Of a DNA stretch of 64,000 nt, positions 39,226 to 49,757 are shown in pieces. The notes under the pieces are model-generated. The model had not been told where the DNA came from, did not search any database, and worked only from the letters and a program-made list of their open reading frames with translations. Both the position numbers and the translations under genes were made by a program. Within the stretch, counting starts at the first letter, position 1. Each line of letters begins with the position of its first letter. Origin of the DNA: Trichodelitschia bisporula (lineage: Eukaryota); the NCBI GenBank assembly GCA_010356995.1, contig ML996690.1, positions 809,420-873,419 on the forward strand, given 5' to 3'.

Positions 39226-39276
39226 ATTTCTCCGCACAAGTCCTCTTTCGTCCCGCTTTCGGCCCGCCCGCCCTAG
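39226..39276 (+). promoter_or_regulatory. Candidate AUU-initiated uORF (M)SPHKSSFVPLSARPP*
   Basis: GCCACA-ATT initiation context; 16 sense codons ending CGC CCG CCC TAG. Confidence 0.55.
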
Positions 39277-39411
39277 CACCCCTCCGGGAGACTCTTGATA
39301 CTCCGGTCTGCTGCTGGCAAAAGCCAGCCTCCTCTTTAGCCCCACAGTTCGTGGGCCATTCGGGTGGTCGAGCTTCGTACACTAGCCAGCCTCATCAACA
39401 AACAGCTGGAG

Positions 39412-40929
39412 ATGGTCACCATTGATATCCCCAAGAACTACACAGCCTCGCCGTCGTCCTTTGTAGGGACGCCACATCTCACTATCAATCGCGACGCGAC
39501 TATCGATCTCGACTCTACCAATGCATTCGAGGGCCCTGAGAAACTGCTAGAGGTATGGTTCAGCCCGTCCGCAGCTGCCCTGCCGGCCTCATGCTCGCCG
39601 CTGGGCTTGAAGGTGGTCTCGCAGGATACCTGGAAGGGGATGCTTGATCTCGTCAATTGCCAAGTGCTGTCCGTCATCGAGTCGGAGCATGTTGACGCCT
39701 ACCTCCTGTCCGAATCAAGTATGTTCGTATTCTCGCACAAGCTTGTGCTTAAGACCTGCGGGACGACCACTCTCCTCCTTGGCCTCCCACGCATTCTCGA
39801 GATTGCTGCTCTAGATGCCGGTTTTCCGCATGTTGGCGCCAACCTCATGGCGTGCAATCCCGCTGCCGCTACTCCATACCGTGTCTTCTACAGTCGCAAG
39901 AACTTTCTCTTCCCGAACAAGCAACGCGGTCCGCACCGCAGCTGGCGCGATGAGGTGCGTTTCATGGACCGTCTCTTCTTGAGCGGCAGTGCGTATATGA
40001 TCGGTAAGATGAACGGGGAGCACTGGTATCTGTACATCACCGGGCCGGACACGCGCCTCACCCCTCCTGCGACCCCTGATCACGACATGTCGCCAACGGA
40101 AACGAAGTTCATGTCGCTGCCGGAGCGCCAGCGCGTCGTCGGCTTTTCAGACGCGGCTGAAGATGACGAAACGCTTGAGGTGCTTATGACGGATCTTGAC
40201 GAGCAGAATGCTCGCCAGTTCTACCTGGAGGACGCCAGCGCCGTTGCTGAAGGCCGCTTCTTCCAGAGGGCGCGCGATGCTCGCCACAAGAAGGCCGCGC
40301 TTGCGACCATTGGCGAGGAGAAAGCTACCAGCGATGGCACATTCGACGTTTTCGTACAGACGTCGTCTGACCATGAGGAGTTTTCATCGGAAGATGACAG
40401 CGAAAGTTTCCCGGAGATTACCGAAGGCCACGCTCTTGGCACCGTCGTTTCCGATTCTTGCGGCTTGTCCGACGTCTATCCTGTGTCCAAGTATCCCGAT
40501 GCTCGCATCGACTCGTACCTCTTTTCACCCTGCGGCTTCTCCGCCAACGGCGTCATCCCCGCCCCCGCGGGCACGAAGGCCACACACTACTTCACGGTTC
40601 ACGTGACGCCGGAGCCGCACTGCTCGTACGCGTCCTTCGAGACTAACGTTCCGTCGCGCCAGAGCGGCCGCGAGACGGCAGACCTCGTGGAGCAGGTGGT
40701 ACGCATCTTTAAGCCGGGCCGGTTCACGGTGACGCTGTTTGAGGCGCAGCCAGGCGAGCGGGACGGGCTCGCCGCGGCGAAGCGCTCGGGACGCATGGAT
40801 TCCATCGAGGGCTACAAGCGCATTGACCGCATTGTCCACGACCTCGACGGGTACGATCTCGTGTTCCGGTACTACGAGCGGCTGGACTGGAAGGGCGGGG
40901 CGCCGAGGCTCGGCGAGGTGGAACATTGA
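39412..40929 (+). CDS. SPE2: S-adenosylmethionine decarboxylase proenzyme (intronless CDS)
   Basis: AFEGPEKLLEVWF; self-cleavage motif YLLSE-SSMFV; LKTCGTT; FSPCGFSANG; TVHVTPEPHCSYASFETN. Confidence 0.97.
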   Translation: MVTIDIPKNYTASPSSFVGTPHLTINRDATIDLDSTNAFEGPEKLLEVWFSPSAAALPASCSPLGLKVVSQDTWKGMLDLVNCQVLSVIESEHVDAYLLSESSMFVFSHKLVLKTCGTTTLLLGLPRILEIAALDAGFPHVGANLMACNPAAATPYRVFYSRKNFLFPNKQRGPHRSWRDEVRFMDRLFLSGSAYMIGKMNGEHWYLYITGPDTRLTPPATPDHDMSPTETKFMSLPERQRVVGFSDAAEDDETLEVLMTDLDEQNARQFYLEDASAVAEGRFFQRARDARHKKAALATIGEEKATSDGTFDVFVQTSSDHEEFSSEDDSESFPEITEGHALGTVVSDSCGLSDVYPVSKYPDARIDSYLFSPCGFSANGVIPAPAGTKATHYFTVHVTPEPHCSYASFETNVPSRQSGRETADLVEQVVRIFKPGRFTVTLFEAQPGERDGLAAAKRSGRMDSIEGYKRIDRIVHDLDGYDLVFRYYERLDWKGGAPRLGEVEH

Positions 40930-43776
40930 GGTGGATGGGTTGAATTTGGCACCAAATTGTGATGGAGGGATTGGTGGAGCGATGACTGATGATTGTGATC
41001 ATGCTTGCTGCGTTCGCGTTGAGTGTTTTGCGCTCGTTCCGTGGCCTTTGCGCTTGTTCTGATGATCTGCGTACTCACGATGAATTTGATCCCTATGCCT
41101 GCTTTCGATCGGCCGGATTTCGTGAGTTGCATATCTACTCGCGACCGCGACGTGCGTTAACGACAGTCCGAATCAAGCTGACCGCTGACCTCACGAACAG
41201 CTTCGGACCTTTCCGGACCTCACAGTGTGTACCTATCCTTCCAAGACACTTTTTGGTCCAAAGAAGTGACTGTGAATGGGATTTCTGCCCCCAACCTCTT
41301 GCTGACACGTCAAGATCGGCATAATGCGGGGAAAAATTCCACTCGAGGTCCCAAGAAGATTGGAACTACGAGGTTGAGTCCGGAGAAGCAGCTCCGCAGC
41401 CCCTCACCTTCACAATGAGAACGTTTGCCAGACTTCCTGCGGTCAAGGAGGTTGTTACCAATCTGTTTCTCCAAGCATTTTACGGATCCCTCTCCGCTCC
41501 CTCCCAGGACTTGAGATTGGTCCATTGTGCCGATCGTAATATATGGATTGGACCGCAAGGTCCTGTACGATGCCCTGAGCCGGCCCCACGGGCACCGTCT
41601 GGCTCCTTTCCAAGCTGTCGGCTTCGTCGATGGACCCTGAGCTCTTCTCAACTTTGACATCGAACGCTAATATCTCACGCTAGGCATCCTGACCTCAGTT
41701 TGACATACGTCCTCACCTCCACGGGTTATTTCCCAGATGCGCCAACAAAATGAAACTATCCGCTACCGATCTCAACAACATGGCCCAACCACTTGGGCCT
41801 CCCTTGCACACCTTGCTACTTCACAGCAACACAAGTGGCATGACAGTGTTCATGCAATTCTCGGTTCATTGGCTGTATAAACTGAATCGGAATGTCAAAG
41901 TCCCAAGTCAAGTATGGCTACATGCCGATCAGACCTCCCTAAGCCCGGGTGGTGCCCTCGGACGTGCCTCCGCTGGAGTCCTCACCGTTATGCTTGACAC
42001 CAATGGGGAACTGGACTACTGGAATCTGCGCTTGCTTGTTGATGAGACGAATACGAACAGCATTCTTTAGAATGAACAACCCTTGGATGCTCTCAGCTTG
42101 AATAGACAATCCAGAGTCGTCTATCTCGATGCGGCATACTTTGGCTTCCCCAAGGCATCATTTCCAGTCGTTACCATAAACATAATTTTCCGATTTTACA
42201 TCTTGCCATGATGCAGTTGACTAGACTGCTTCTCATTTCACGGCTGATATGGGCCCTCTGAGCTCAAGGTGCGGTCCGTCCGTTTACTTAAATTAACTAA
42301 CTCTAATAGGCGTAATCTTATGCAGTCCTGTTGTGGTCACAGTTACGCAGTTCGCCACATCAATCTCTTTGTCTAGCTCCGTTGTGTCCTGCGAGTCCAA
42401 CTCATCAACCTTTGCTTTCGTTCCTTCCAGCGACACAACAGCGGCCTTTGAATCTGAGACTTCATCGAGCTCGTCCACGTCCCAAAGTACGGGTATTTCC
42501 TCCTTTCACACCACCTCGTCCACTGCAGCTCTGCTAGCAGGCCTTGCGGCCCCCTTGCCTTTCCGTCACAGCTTGAGCACGTCGTGGAGTTCCTCCGGCC
42601 TCGCGACGGGCTCCACAACATCTGAGCAGTTGTCTGGCTCTTCGGTCGAACCCCTTTCCACTATGCTTTCGCCTTCCAGCTCCCCTGGCCAGAGCTCGGT
42701 TATGGAAGAGTCAGCTTCTAGTTCCCTCACTCAAACATCGTCGAGCATCCCGTCTGCTTCTAGCCCTGAGATCGCGGCCACCCCGTCCTCGTCGGCCAGT
42801 CTGAGCATTTCTGTATTCACGACGAATTCGTCCACAAATGCCTCCGTTTCCATTCCGTCAAGTTCGACGGAACTGGTCTCGAGTAATCCTTTCATCTCTA
42901 GCAGTTCCTTAACCTCGAACGGTGTCTCCGCCTCCTTCAGCCCCGTCTATGACCTGCAGTTCTCCCACCATTAGCAACGCTTCCTTACATAGCAACTCGA
43001 CCTCAAGTGGCGCTTCTACCTCAGATCGCGCTTCGCTCTCAAGTAGCACCTCTACATCTGGCAATGGACCTCCATCAAGCATTCTTTCACACAGTAGCCA
43101 GCCCGCTCCCAGTAGCTCTTCGGTCTCGACAACTATTTCTTCAGCTGGAACTTCCTCAACACAAACTACTTCCTCTGGAACTCCTTCTCTGAGCTCAGCC
43201 TCCGGTAACTTTTCTTCGAGCTCCGCTTCCACGACATCGTCCGTTCCGAGCAGTCCTCTATCAACTAGCAGTTCAATAACTTCCATCTCTCAAACCTCGC
43301 CATCCAGCGGTGCGATATCAATATCCGCGAGTTCACCGGCTGCACCAGTTGGTACTAGCTCTTCGGCCGACGCTTCATCCTCAAGTCAGACTTCAGGTTC
43401 CATTCCGAGCTCCCTCTCGGTGTCGAATACTACACTTTATTCTGCGGATGTTTCAGACCTCTCGAAGTCAGCATTGGATTCCACATCGGCTTCAGTACCG
43501 GCTTCAATGGCCGCATCAGCGTCTACTTGGTCCGGTTCGTCAATCTCAGGCTCTTCCGCTTCATCGATAAGTTTAAGCTCCCCCGTATCCTCCACCAACC
43601 CACAATCATCCACGTCTACCGATAGCGGGTCCGCGTCTACCAGCCCTCTGAGCCTTGGCTCCTCTCTACCGATTTCGCCATCGAGCAACTTGTCCACGAA
43701 CTCCTCCACTCCCGCCTCGTCTTCTCCTAGCAGCATTATCTCCTCTGGTACAACGTCTAGTTCGACAACAGCTACA

Positions 43777-43810
43777 ACCAGTACTACCAGTACTACCAGT
43801 ACTACCAGTG
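43777..43810 (+). repeat. 9-nt tandem repeat (ACCAGTACT) encoding TST
   Basis: accagtactaccagtactaccagtactaccagt seen directly. Confidence 0.85.
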
Positions 43811-44024
43811 CCATCAACGGCACTACATCCTCCGGAGGTTCTTTAGTGTTGAGCTCCTCTGCACCAAACTCTGTTGTATTTTCATCATCCACGTCGAGCA
43901 CTTTTGCGTCACTGACTCCCTCGAGCGCTTCGGTTCCAGACAACCCCACCTCGAGCTCATCTGGATCAATCTCCTCTTCCTCTAGTTCCTCTACATCAAG
44001 CCTTTTTGCATCCAGCTCTAAGTT

Positions 44025-44078
44025 GAGTTCTATATTGAGTTCTATATTGAGTTCTACACTGAGTTCTACAATGAGTTC
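44025..44078 (+). repeat. 12-nt tandem repeat (TGAGTTCTAYAH) encoding LSSI/LSST
   Basis: tgagttctatat tgagttctatat tgagttctacac tgagttctacaa tgagtt. Confidence 0.85.
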
Positions 44079-44099
44079 CTCCGTGTTGAGCGCCTCCAC

Positions 44100-44490
44100 A
44101 TCGAGCTCCTCGGCACCGTGCTCCTCATTACCGAGCTCTTCAGCACCAAGCTCATCTACGATGAGCTCGTCTGTATCCAGCTCTTCAATGACGAGCTCTT
44201 CAGTACCAGGCTCATCTATGGCGAGCCCTTCTGCACCAAGCTCTTCAACCACGAGCTCTTCAGTACCAAGCTCATCTACGGCGAGCTCGTCTGTATTAAG
44301 CTCATCTACGGTAAGCTTGTCTGTATCAAGCTATTCAACGACGAGCTCTTCTGCATTAAGCTTTTCGACGATGAGCTCTTCAGTACCAAGGTCATCTGCG
44401 GCGAGCTCTTCTGTACCAGCTCATCTGCGGCGAGCTCTTCTGTACCAAGCTCTTCTGTATCGAGCTCTTCAACGACTAGCTCTTCTGCAT
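44100..44490 (+). repeat. Degenerate 30-nt minisatellite (about 13 units; two 15-nt halves), consensus ACGAGCTCTTCAGTACCAAGCTCATCTACG encoding TSSSVPSSST
   Basis: Units recur in 30-nt register, e.g. at 44191, 44251, 44281, 44371, 44401. Confidence 0.85.
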
Positions 44491-46224
44491 CAAGCCCTTC
44501 AACGACGAGATCAGCATCAACTTCTTCCACATCGGGCTCTTGGGCACCAAATTCTTAGACTTCAAGCTCTTCGGCATCGAGCTCTTCTTCGCTTAGCTCA
44601 TCCGCAAGTACTCCGACAATCTCCTCGTCAAGCTACACCACAACCACAACTCCCACGGCCTCCGCAAGTGCGCTCTCCTGTCCCGCTTCCAACAACACGG
44701 TTTACGCAGCACGAAGCTCGAATTATGTCACTGAGTGCTACAAAGACTACAGCAACAATTTCGACATTCCCGGTAGTCCTTATTACGATGCCATGCTAGA
44801 GATTTGCATTGCAAACTGCACTGCCACTCCGGGATGCATCGACGTTGCGTACCAGTCTGGTGCATGTTACATGCACACGGCGATTGGTGCTCCCGATTGG
44901 AATGCGCCCTCGGTTTGGGGTGCAAAGCTCCTCGGGCCTATGAGTTCCTCTACCAGTGTCCCCAGTACCCTTGTTACGTCTTCCATCTCGTCATCTTCAC
45001 TCTCTTCGTCTTTGTCTAGTTCTAGTAGTTCAAGTCGCAGCTCGTCAACTTTGTCCAGCAGCTTGTCTTTGTCTAGCAGCTCGTCGTCTTTGTCCAGCAG
45101 TTCGACCCGTAGCTCGTCGGCCAGCCTGTCATCATCAGCCGCCGCCGCGACAACTTCGTGCTCGAATGGCGTATTGGGCAGCGCTGTTCTCATATGCGGC
45201 ATCGTCTAGCGACACCATAACTTGGACGTTGTTTACTCTTGCGTATTCCACGCATCTAGTTTACGGTTCTGAGACTTCAGGGTGTTGACTACTGAAAAAT
45301 TTTGGCTCTTAACGGGAACGTATGAATCTCAGGGAAGGATTGACGGTACCAGGCGCTCTCAGTGCTAGGCTCCAAGGGCAAAGTTATGCAGCGCTCCCAT
45401 TCTCTATTGCAGTTGTGCTATGGGAAGTTTTGACGTCACCGTCGGCTCCATTGAAGACTCTCAGTACTCCCACCATAGTGACTGTCCAAACCAAAACAGA
45501 CCGGTGCTAGCTGTGATTTGGACTAGGCAGGAGCATTGCCATGCAGGAAGGAGCATGGGAGGATGCTTGGCATGGTATATTTACGGATGCAGTCTCGACC
45601 TTCTCTCGACTCTCTATTTCTCTTCTTCTTTTATCAACTCTTCACTTCACACCGTAGCCTTTTGTACGTGTCAAGCCTATGCTTCCATTACCCTGTCTTC
45701 GACTGCTCCGTCCTGTGCATCCTAAGCCTCCCGCAGTTTAGTTGTCCCATGATCTAAGTCGCATTCGAGAAGTCGCCCAAAGGTGTACCGGTTCTTTCGG
45801 TCAGTCGAGTCCTCTTGCGAGTACAATCCTACCCATGCAGATGTTCCGATAAGGTGTATGCTCCTCGGGAACGTTCCCGCCTCGCATGCAGGCAGCTCGC
45901 ATGCAGGCAGCACGGTTGAGATTTCGTCCCCGGTTGGTTCAAGATCTAAAATGCTGGCCAATGAAGTCCTCAAGACAGGTGCCACCAACTCAGCCTTTGG
46001 CGATCAAGGGGCAAGCCACGCCAGCCTCGTGCCCCTCGAGTCCAAAAGCAAAATCTCCGAACCCCGACGACACTCGTTGCTACATATGCGCCCTGCCCCC
46101 CCTTCCTTAAATATGGGACTCCTTCCTCTACCGCAGTCGTGGTTAAGCACATTGCGCTCACGGCTTTTACTCCGTATTCCTTGACATTCGCGTTTGCGGC
46201 ACCCGCATCGACCTCTCCTCCGCA

Positions 46225-47979
46225 ATGGCGCTCATTTCGTGGGACAGCGCCTTCCGCGCTGCTTTTGCGACCGTCGTGGCATATCTTATTCATTTTATCA
46301 TCAAGCTGTTCCGCCATAGGCGCCAGATGATGGGCCTGGTACGCATTTGCCCCGTCTGAAGGTTATTCTAACCGTCCTAGCCCGGTCCGCCCTACCATCC
46401 TATCCTGGGCCACCTCCCAGTCGCAATCGAAATGGCGCGCTCTCTCCCTCCGGATGTACATCCCCATCACTACTGGGCATGGCTGAAGAAGCGCTACAAT
46501 CTCGGCCCCTTCTATTACTTTGACGCGTGGCCCATGGGTCCGCCGACGCTGATTATCTGCGAGCCGGAGGTGGCGGACCATGTCACGGTCAAGCATAACT
46601 TGGATAAGCATCCCATGGTCAAGCAATATCTGAAGCAGCATTTGGGGACCGATAACATGGCTGCTGCAAATGGTATCGTTTGGAAGCGCGCGAGAACAGT
46701 CTATAACCCCGGATTCGCGACGAGCCATCTCATGACCGTGATTGCGAGCATCGTCGATGATGTCGTAACTTTGTCAGAGGTACTGGGTGAGGCTGCAGAC
46801 TCAAGTGAAGTCATCCAGCTGGAAACAGTCGCGATGAAGCTCTCTTTTGATGTTATCGGCCGTTTGGTTCTGTACGTTCTGCACTCCTACCCGGGTCAAC
46901 CCCCTCGCTTACAGCAGCTAGTGGTGTGTCTCTCGGCTCTCAACGCAAGTCCAATGTGCTCGTAGATGCCTTCCGCCGCCAACTGCACTTCCTTTCGTCG
47001 AGCAATACCTGGGCATCGCCGTTAGCCGGCGTAAACCCGCTCCAGCAGTTCTCTATATGGCGAAATGCGCGCGTGATCGATGGATACCTAGGTCGAGAAC
47101 TGGACGAGCGCTTCGCAAAGCAGGACGAAAGCGAAACAACAGCGCGTCCACGCACGATCATCGACGTTGCACTCCGCACATATAACGAAGACCGCGGAAC
47201 CACAGCAGCGAATATGCGGACCATGGACGCAGCCTTCCGGCGATCAGCCATAGACCAGTATTCCCCCCCACCTCACCCGTCCCACGCGCAACTAATCCCA
47301 AGACAGAATCAAAACTTTCGTCTTCGCCGGTCACGACACCATCAGTACCACCATCTCCATGCTCTTTTACTACCTCTCCACCGCGCCACACGCCGTTTCC
47401 ACCCTGCGCGCTGAGCTCTCAACCACTTTCCCGCCCACCACTGCCGAAACCGCAGCCCGCATCCGCGCCGATCCGTACATCCTCAACAGCCTCCCCTACG
47501 CCACCGCCTGCATCAAGGAAACCCTGCGGCTCTTCCCCCCGGCAAATACTGTGCGCATCGGCTCACCCTCCGTCCACATAACCGACCCGGGCACCGGCGC
47601 CACCTACCCCACGCTCCCGCGCCCCGGCACAGTCGTCTGGCCGGATGCCTACGTCCTGGGCCGAGACGACGCGTACTTTCCCCGTGCAACCGAATTCCTG
47701 CCTGAGCGCTGGCTGCCGGAAAGTCCGGTGGCCCAGGCGCCGGTGGGCGCGTGGCGGCCGTTTGAGCGCGGCCCGCGGAATTGTATTGGGAGTGAGTTTG
47801 GCGTGATGGAGGTTAAGGTTGTGGTTGCGTTGTGTGCGCGGGAGTTTGAGTTTGAGGCGGTGTGGCCCGAGGGTGTGGCGGATGTGGATGGTGAGCGGTG
47901 TTATCAAATGTTATTTGGGAGTGCCAAGCCGAAGGGGGGAGTGCCGGGGAGGATGAAGCGTATGGGTAGGAATGGGTAA
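46225..47979 (+). CDS. Cytochrome P450; introns 46339-46380, 46872-46921, 47258-47306
   Basis: N-terminal TM anchor then PGPPYHPILGHL; spliced I-helix DQIKTFVFAGHDT; KETLR (ExxR); PERW; heme motif FERGPRNCIG. Confidence 0.95.
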
Positions 47980-48273
47980 TTTGGTGAGATCCTGGGAGTG
48001 TTGGAATTTTCCTTTTTCTGTGATGGAAGCTCCCGATTGTGGCATTGCTAGATGCGAGTAACCACGCTGCCCCATTTCGCGGCGAGGGTCGCGTGGTGCT
48101 TTGGGGGAGGCCCATCACGGGCCAGCTACGTGCCTACGGCTTTTCTCCGCGGGGAACCCCTACCGCCGCGCTGTACGGACGGAATTGGAGTCGTACAGAT
48201 CGTGCGTGGGGACGAGCAGTTGACCGAGAAGGGTGCGCAACGTATACTGTGGTATCTAAACGAGTACATGCAT

Positions 48274-49757
48274 CTATATCGATCTACGGGTAAGCCTCCT
48301 TCTCACGGGCGCAGGCGCCTTCACCCCCGCCGGTGGCACAGCAACATACACCATCGCCAAGCCCATGACATCCAGCTGCTCGCCATCCGGGTCCTTATTC
48401 CCGGGGTACTGGCCATAGTCATACAGAGCCTGCACCGTCCACCTCTGGCTGCGATCCATGCGTCGCTCTCCAATGCCGGGGTACCAGCACGGCGTCAGGC
48501 TCGAGACATGGTCCGCCGCCCACCGCATGCCACCTGTGATTTCGTTGCGCCGCGTCCGGTGCACGTATTCCTCGCGCTCCGAGTAGCGCGCCTGCGGCGT
48601 GCAGGCCGCACTCTCGTATTTTCCCGACCCGGGGCCCGTGGCGAAGACGCGCAGGCCTGCGGCGCCGTCCGTGATGCCCCCTATCGTACCGACGACTTCG
48701 CCTTCGACGTTGGGCGTCCAGGGCCGTGAGGAAAGGACGAATTTGCCCGTCTCGACGGGTGGGCGCACCTCGCTGGAGCCGCAGTTATCAACGTCGAGCC
48801 ATACCGGCTTGATATCTTGCCACCCGGCGGGCAGCGGGCCATCCAGATAGTCGAAAGTCAACGTAACGTATACGAGACGGTCATTGTGGTTCATGTTGAT
48901 AAGGTCGACGATCAAGCGGAATTGATCTTCGGGGCGGAGGTAGTAACCCGCTTTGGTGCGGCCGGTCGTGACGTTGGAATATGGCCCATCGGACATCACT
49001 CTCGTCGTAGTATTCAGGATGTTCGGAATGTGGGTCAGCTCGGCGGGTGTCCGCTCGTTGCCGGAGTAGAAGAAGCGTTCGGATTGGTACGTGGAGGCGT
49101 TGACGGCGAAGTTAGGGAAGGAGTCAGTGTCGCCTAGACATGTCGGATCCCATCGTGTGGGGCCAACAGTCATGAGGTTGAGCTGGAAAAGTCAGCCTCG
49201 CATGCGATATGAGCTGGCGAACGTACGTGATGCAACCAGACTCCAGTGTCGAAGTTGGCATTTGTGCCATTAGGATACTCAAGTCCCGCAACGACGCGCA
49301 GAACAGTACACTCTTTGCAAGGCTTCTCGGGAGTAAGGTCGGGGTAGTTCCACAGCGAGCCTTGCTCGCCGGTTACTGAGCGGGCTCGTATATTGGGGAC
49401 GCTATAGGGGCCATAGCTATAGCCGTTAGAATCGCTGCTAGCTAGAAACGGAGATGTTCCGGAAGAATTGCCTACCGCATCTTCACACGCTTGGCTCCAG
49501 GGAGCGACTTCAAAGGCAATCCTTGTTTCCGGGGAGTGGCCCCCACGGGATCCGGCATTTTGCCTACCACACCTATGCCCGTTGTCAGATCGATCAGGCA
49601 ACGTTCGAGAAAACTCACTCAACCACCATGGTCCTGGTGTTTGCTCTTTGCTGTGCCTCGCGTAAGGACGGACGCCTTTGTTGCTGGGGTACGATATTAC
49701 GACTGTGGCCTGCACCGTAGCCACGACGGCTATTAAGTAGAAAAGAATGACTTCCAT
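48274..49757 (-). CDS. Secreted protein of a SURNod19/copper type II monooxygenase-like fungal family; introns 49573-49618, 49417-49475, 49183-49226
   Basis: Signal peptide MEVILFYLIAVVATVQA; spliced PGAKRVKMRYGPY, KPCKEC, AGLEYPNG, WLHH, ERFFYSGNERT, VDLINMN, PVWLDVDNCG, DVMGLAMVY. Confidence 0.75.

Larger units (their letters stand above)
42208..45209 (+). pseudogene. Disrupted Ser/Thr-rich secreted/cell-surface protein with a PAN/Apple-like Cys domain; intron 42269-42309
   Basis: Signal-peptide exon MMQLTRLLLISRLIWAL*AQ with TGA at 42259-42261; frameshift near 42930-42945; 1-nt deletion at about 44417; TAG at 44556-44558; then CPASNNTVY...ECYKDY...CIANCTATPGCIDVAYQSGACYMH...VWGAKL. Confidence 0.75.

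Noticed and set aside
39274..39411. Readthrough fusion of the RPP* uORF into the SPE2 CDS (same frame), or the GTG 39364 start given by the ORF track
   Set aside because: A second in-frame TAG at 39337-39339 blocks fusion, and the GTG has poor context (C at -3).
40927..40962. Stop-codon readthrough tail on AdoMetDC
   Set aside because: The TGA is followed by GGT (not a leaky context) and another TGA occurs 11 codons later.
44100..44490. CRISPR-like array
   Set aside because: Units are contiguous degenerate coding repeats without unique spacers, in a eukaryotic genome.
46225..49757. Secondary-metabolite cluster around the P450
   Set aside because: No PKS, NRPS, terpene cyclase, transporter or cluster transcription factor is present nearby.
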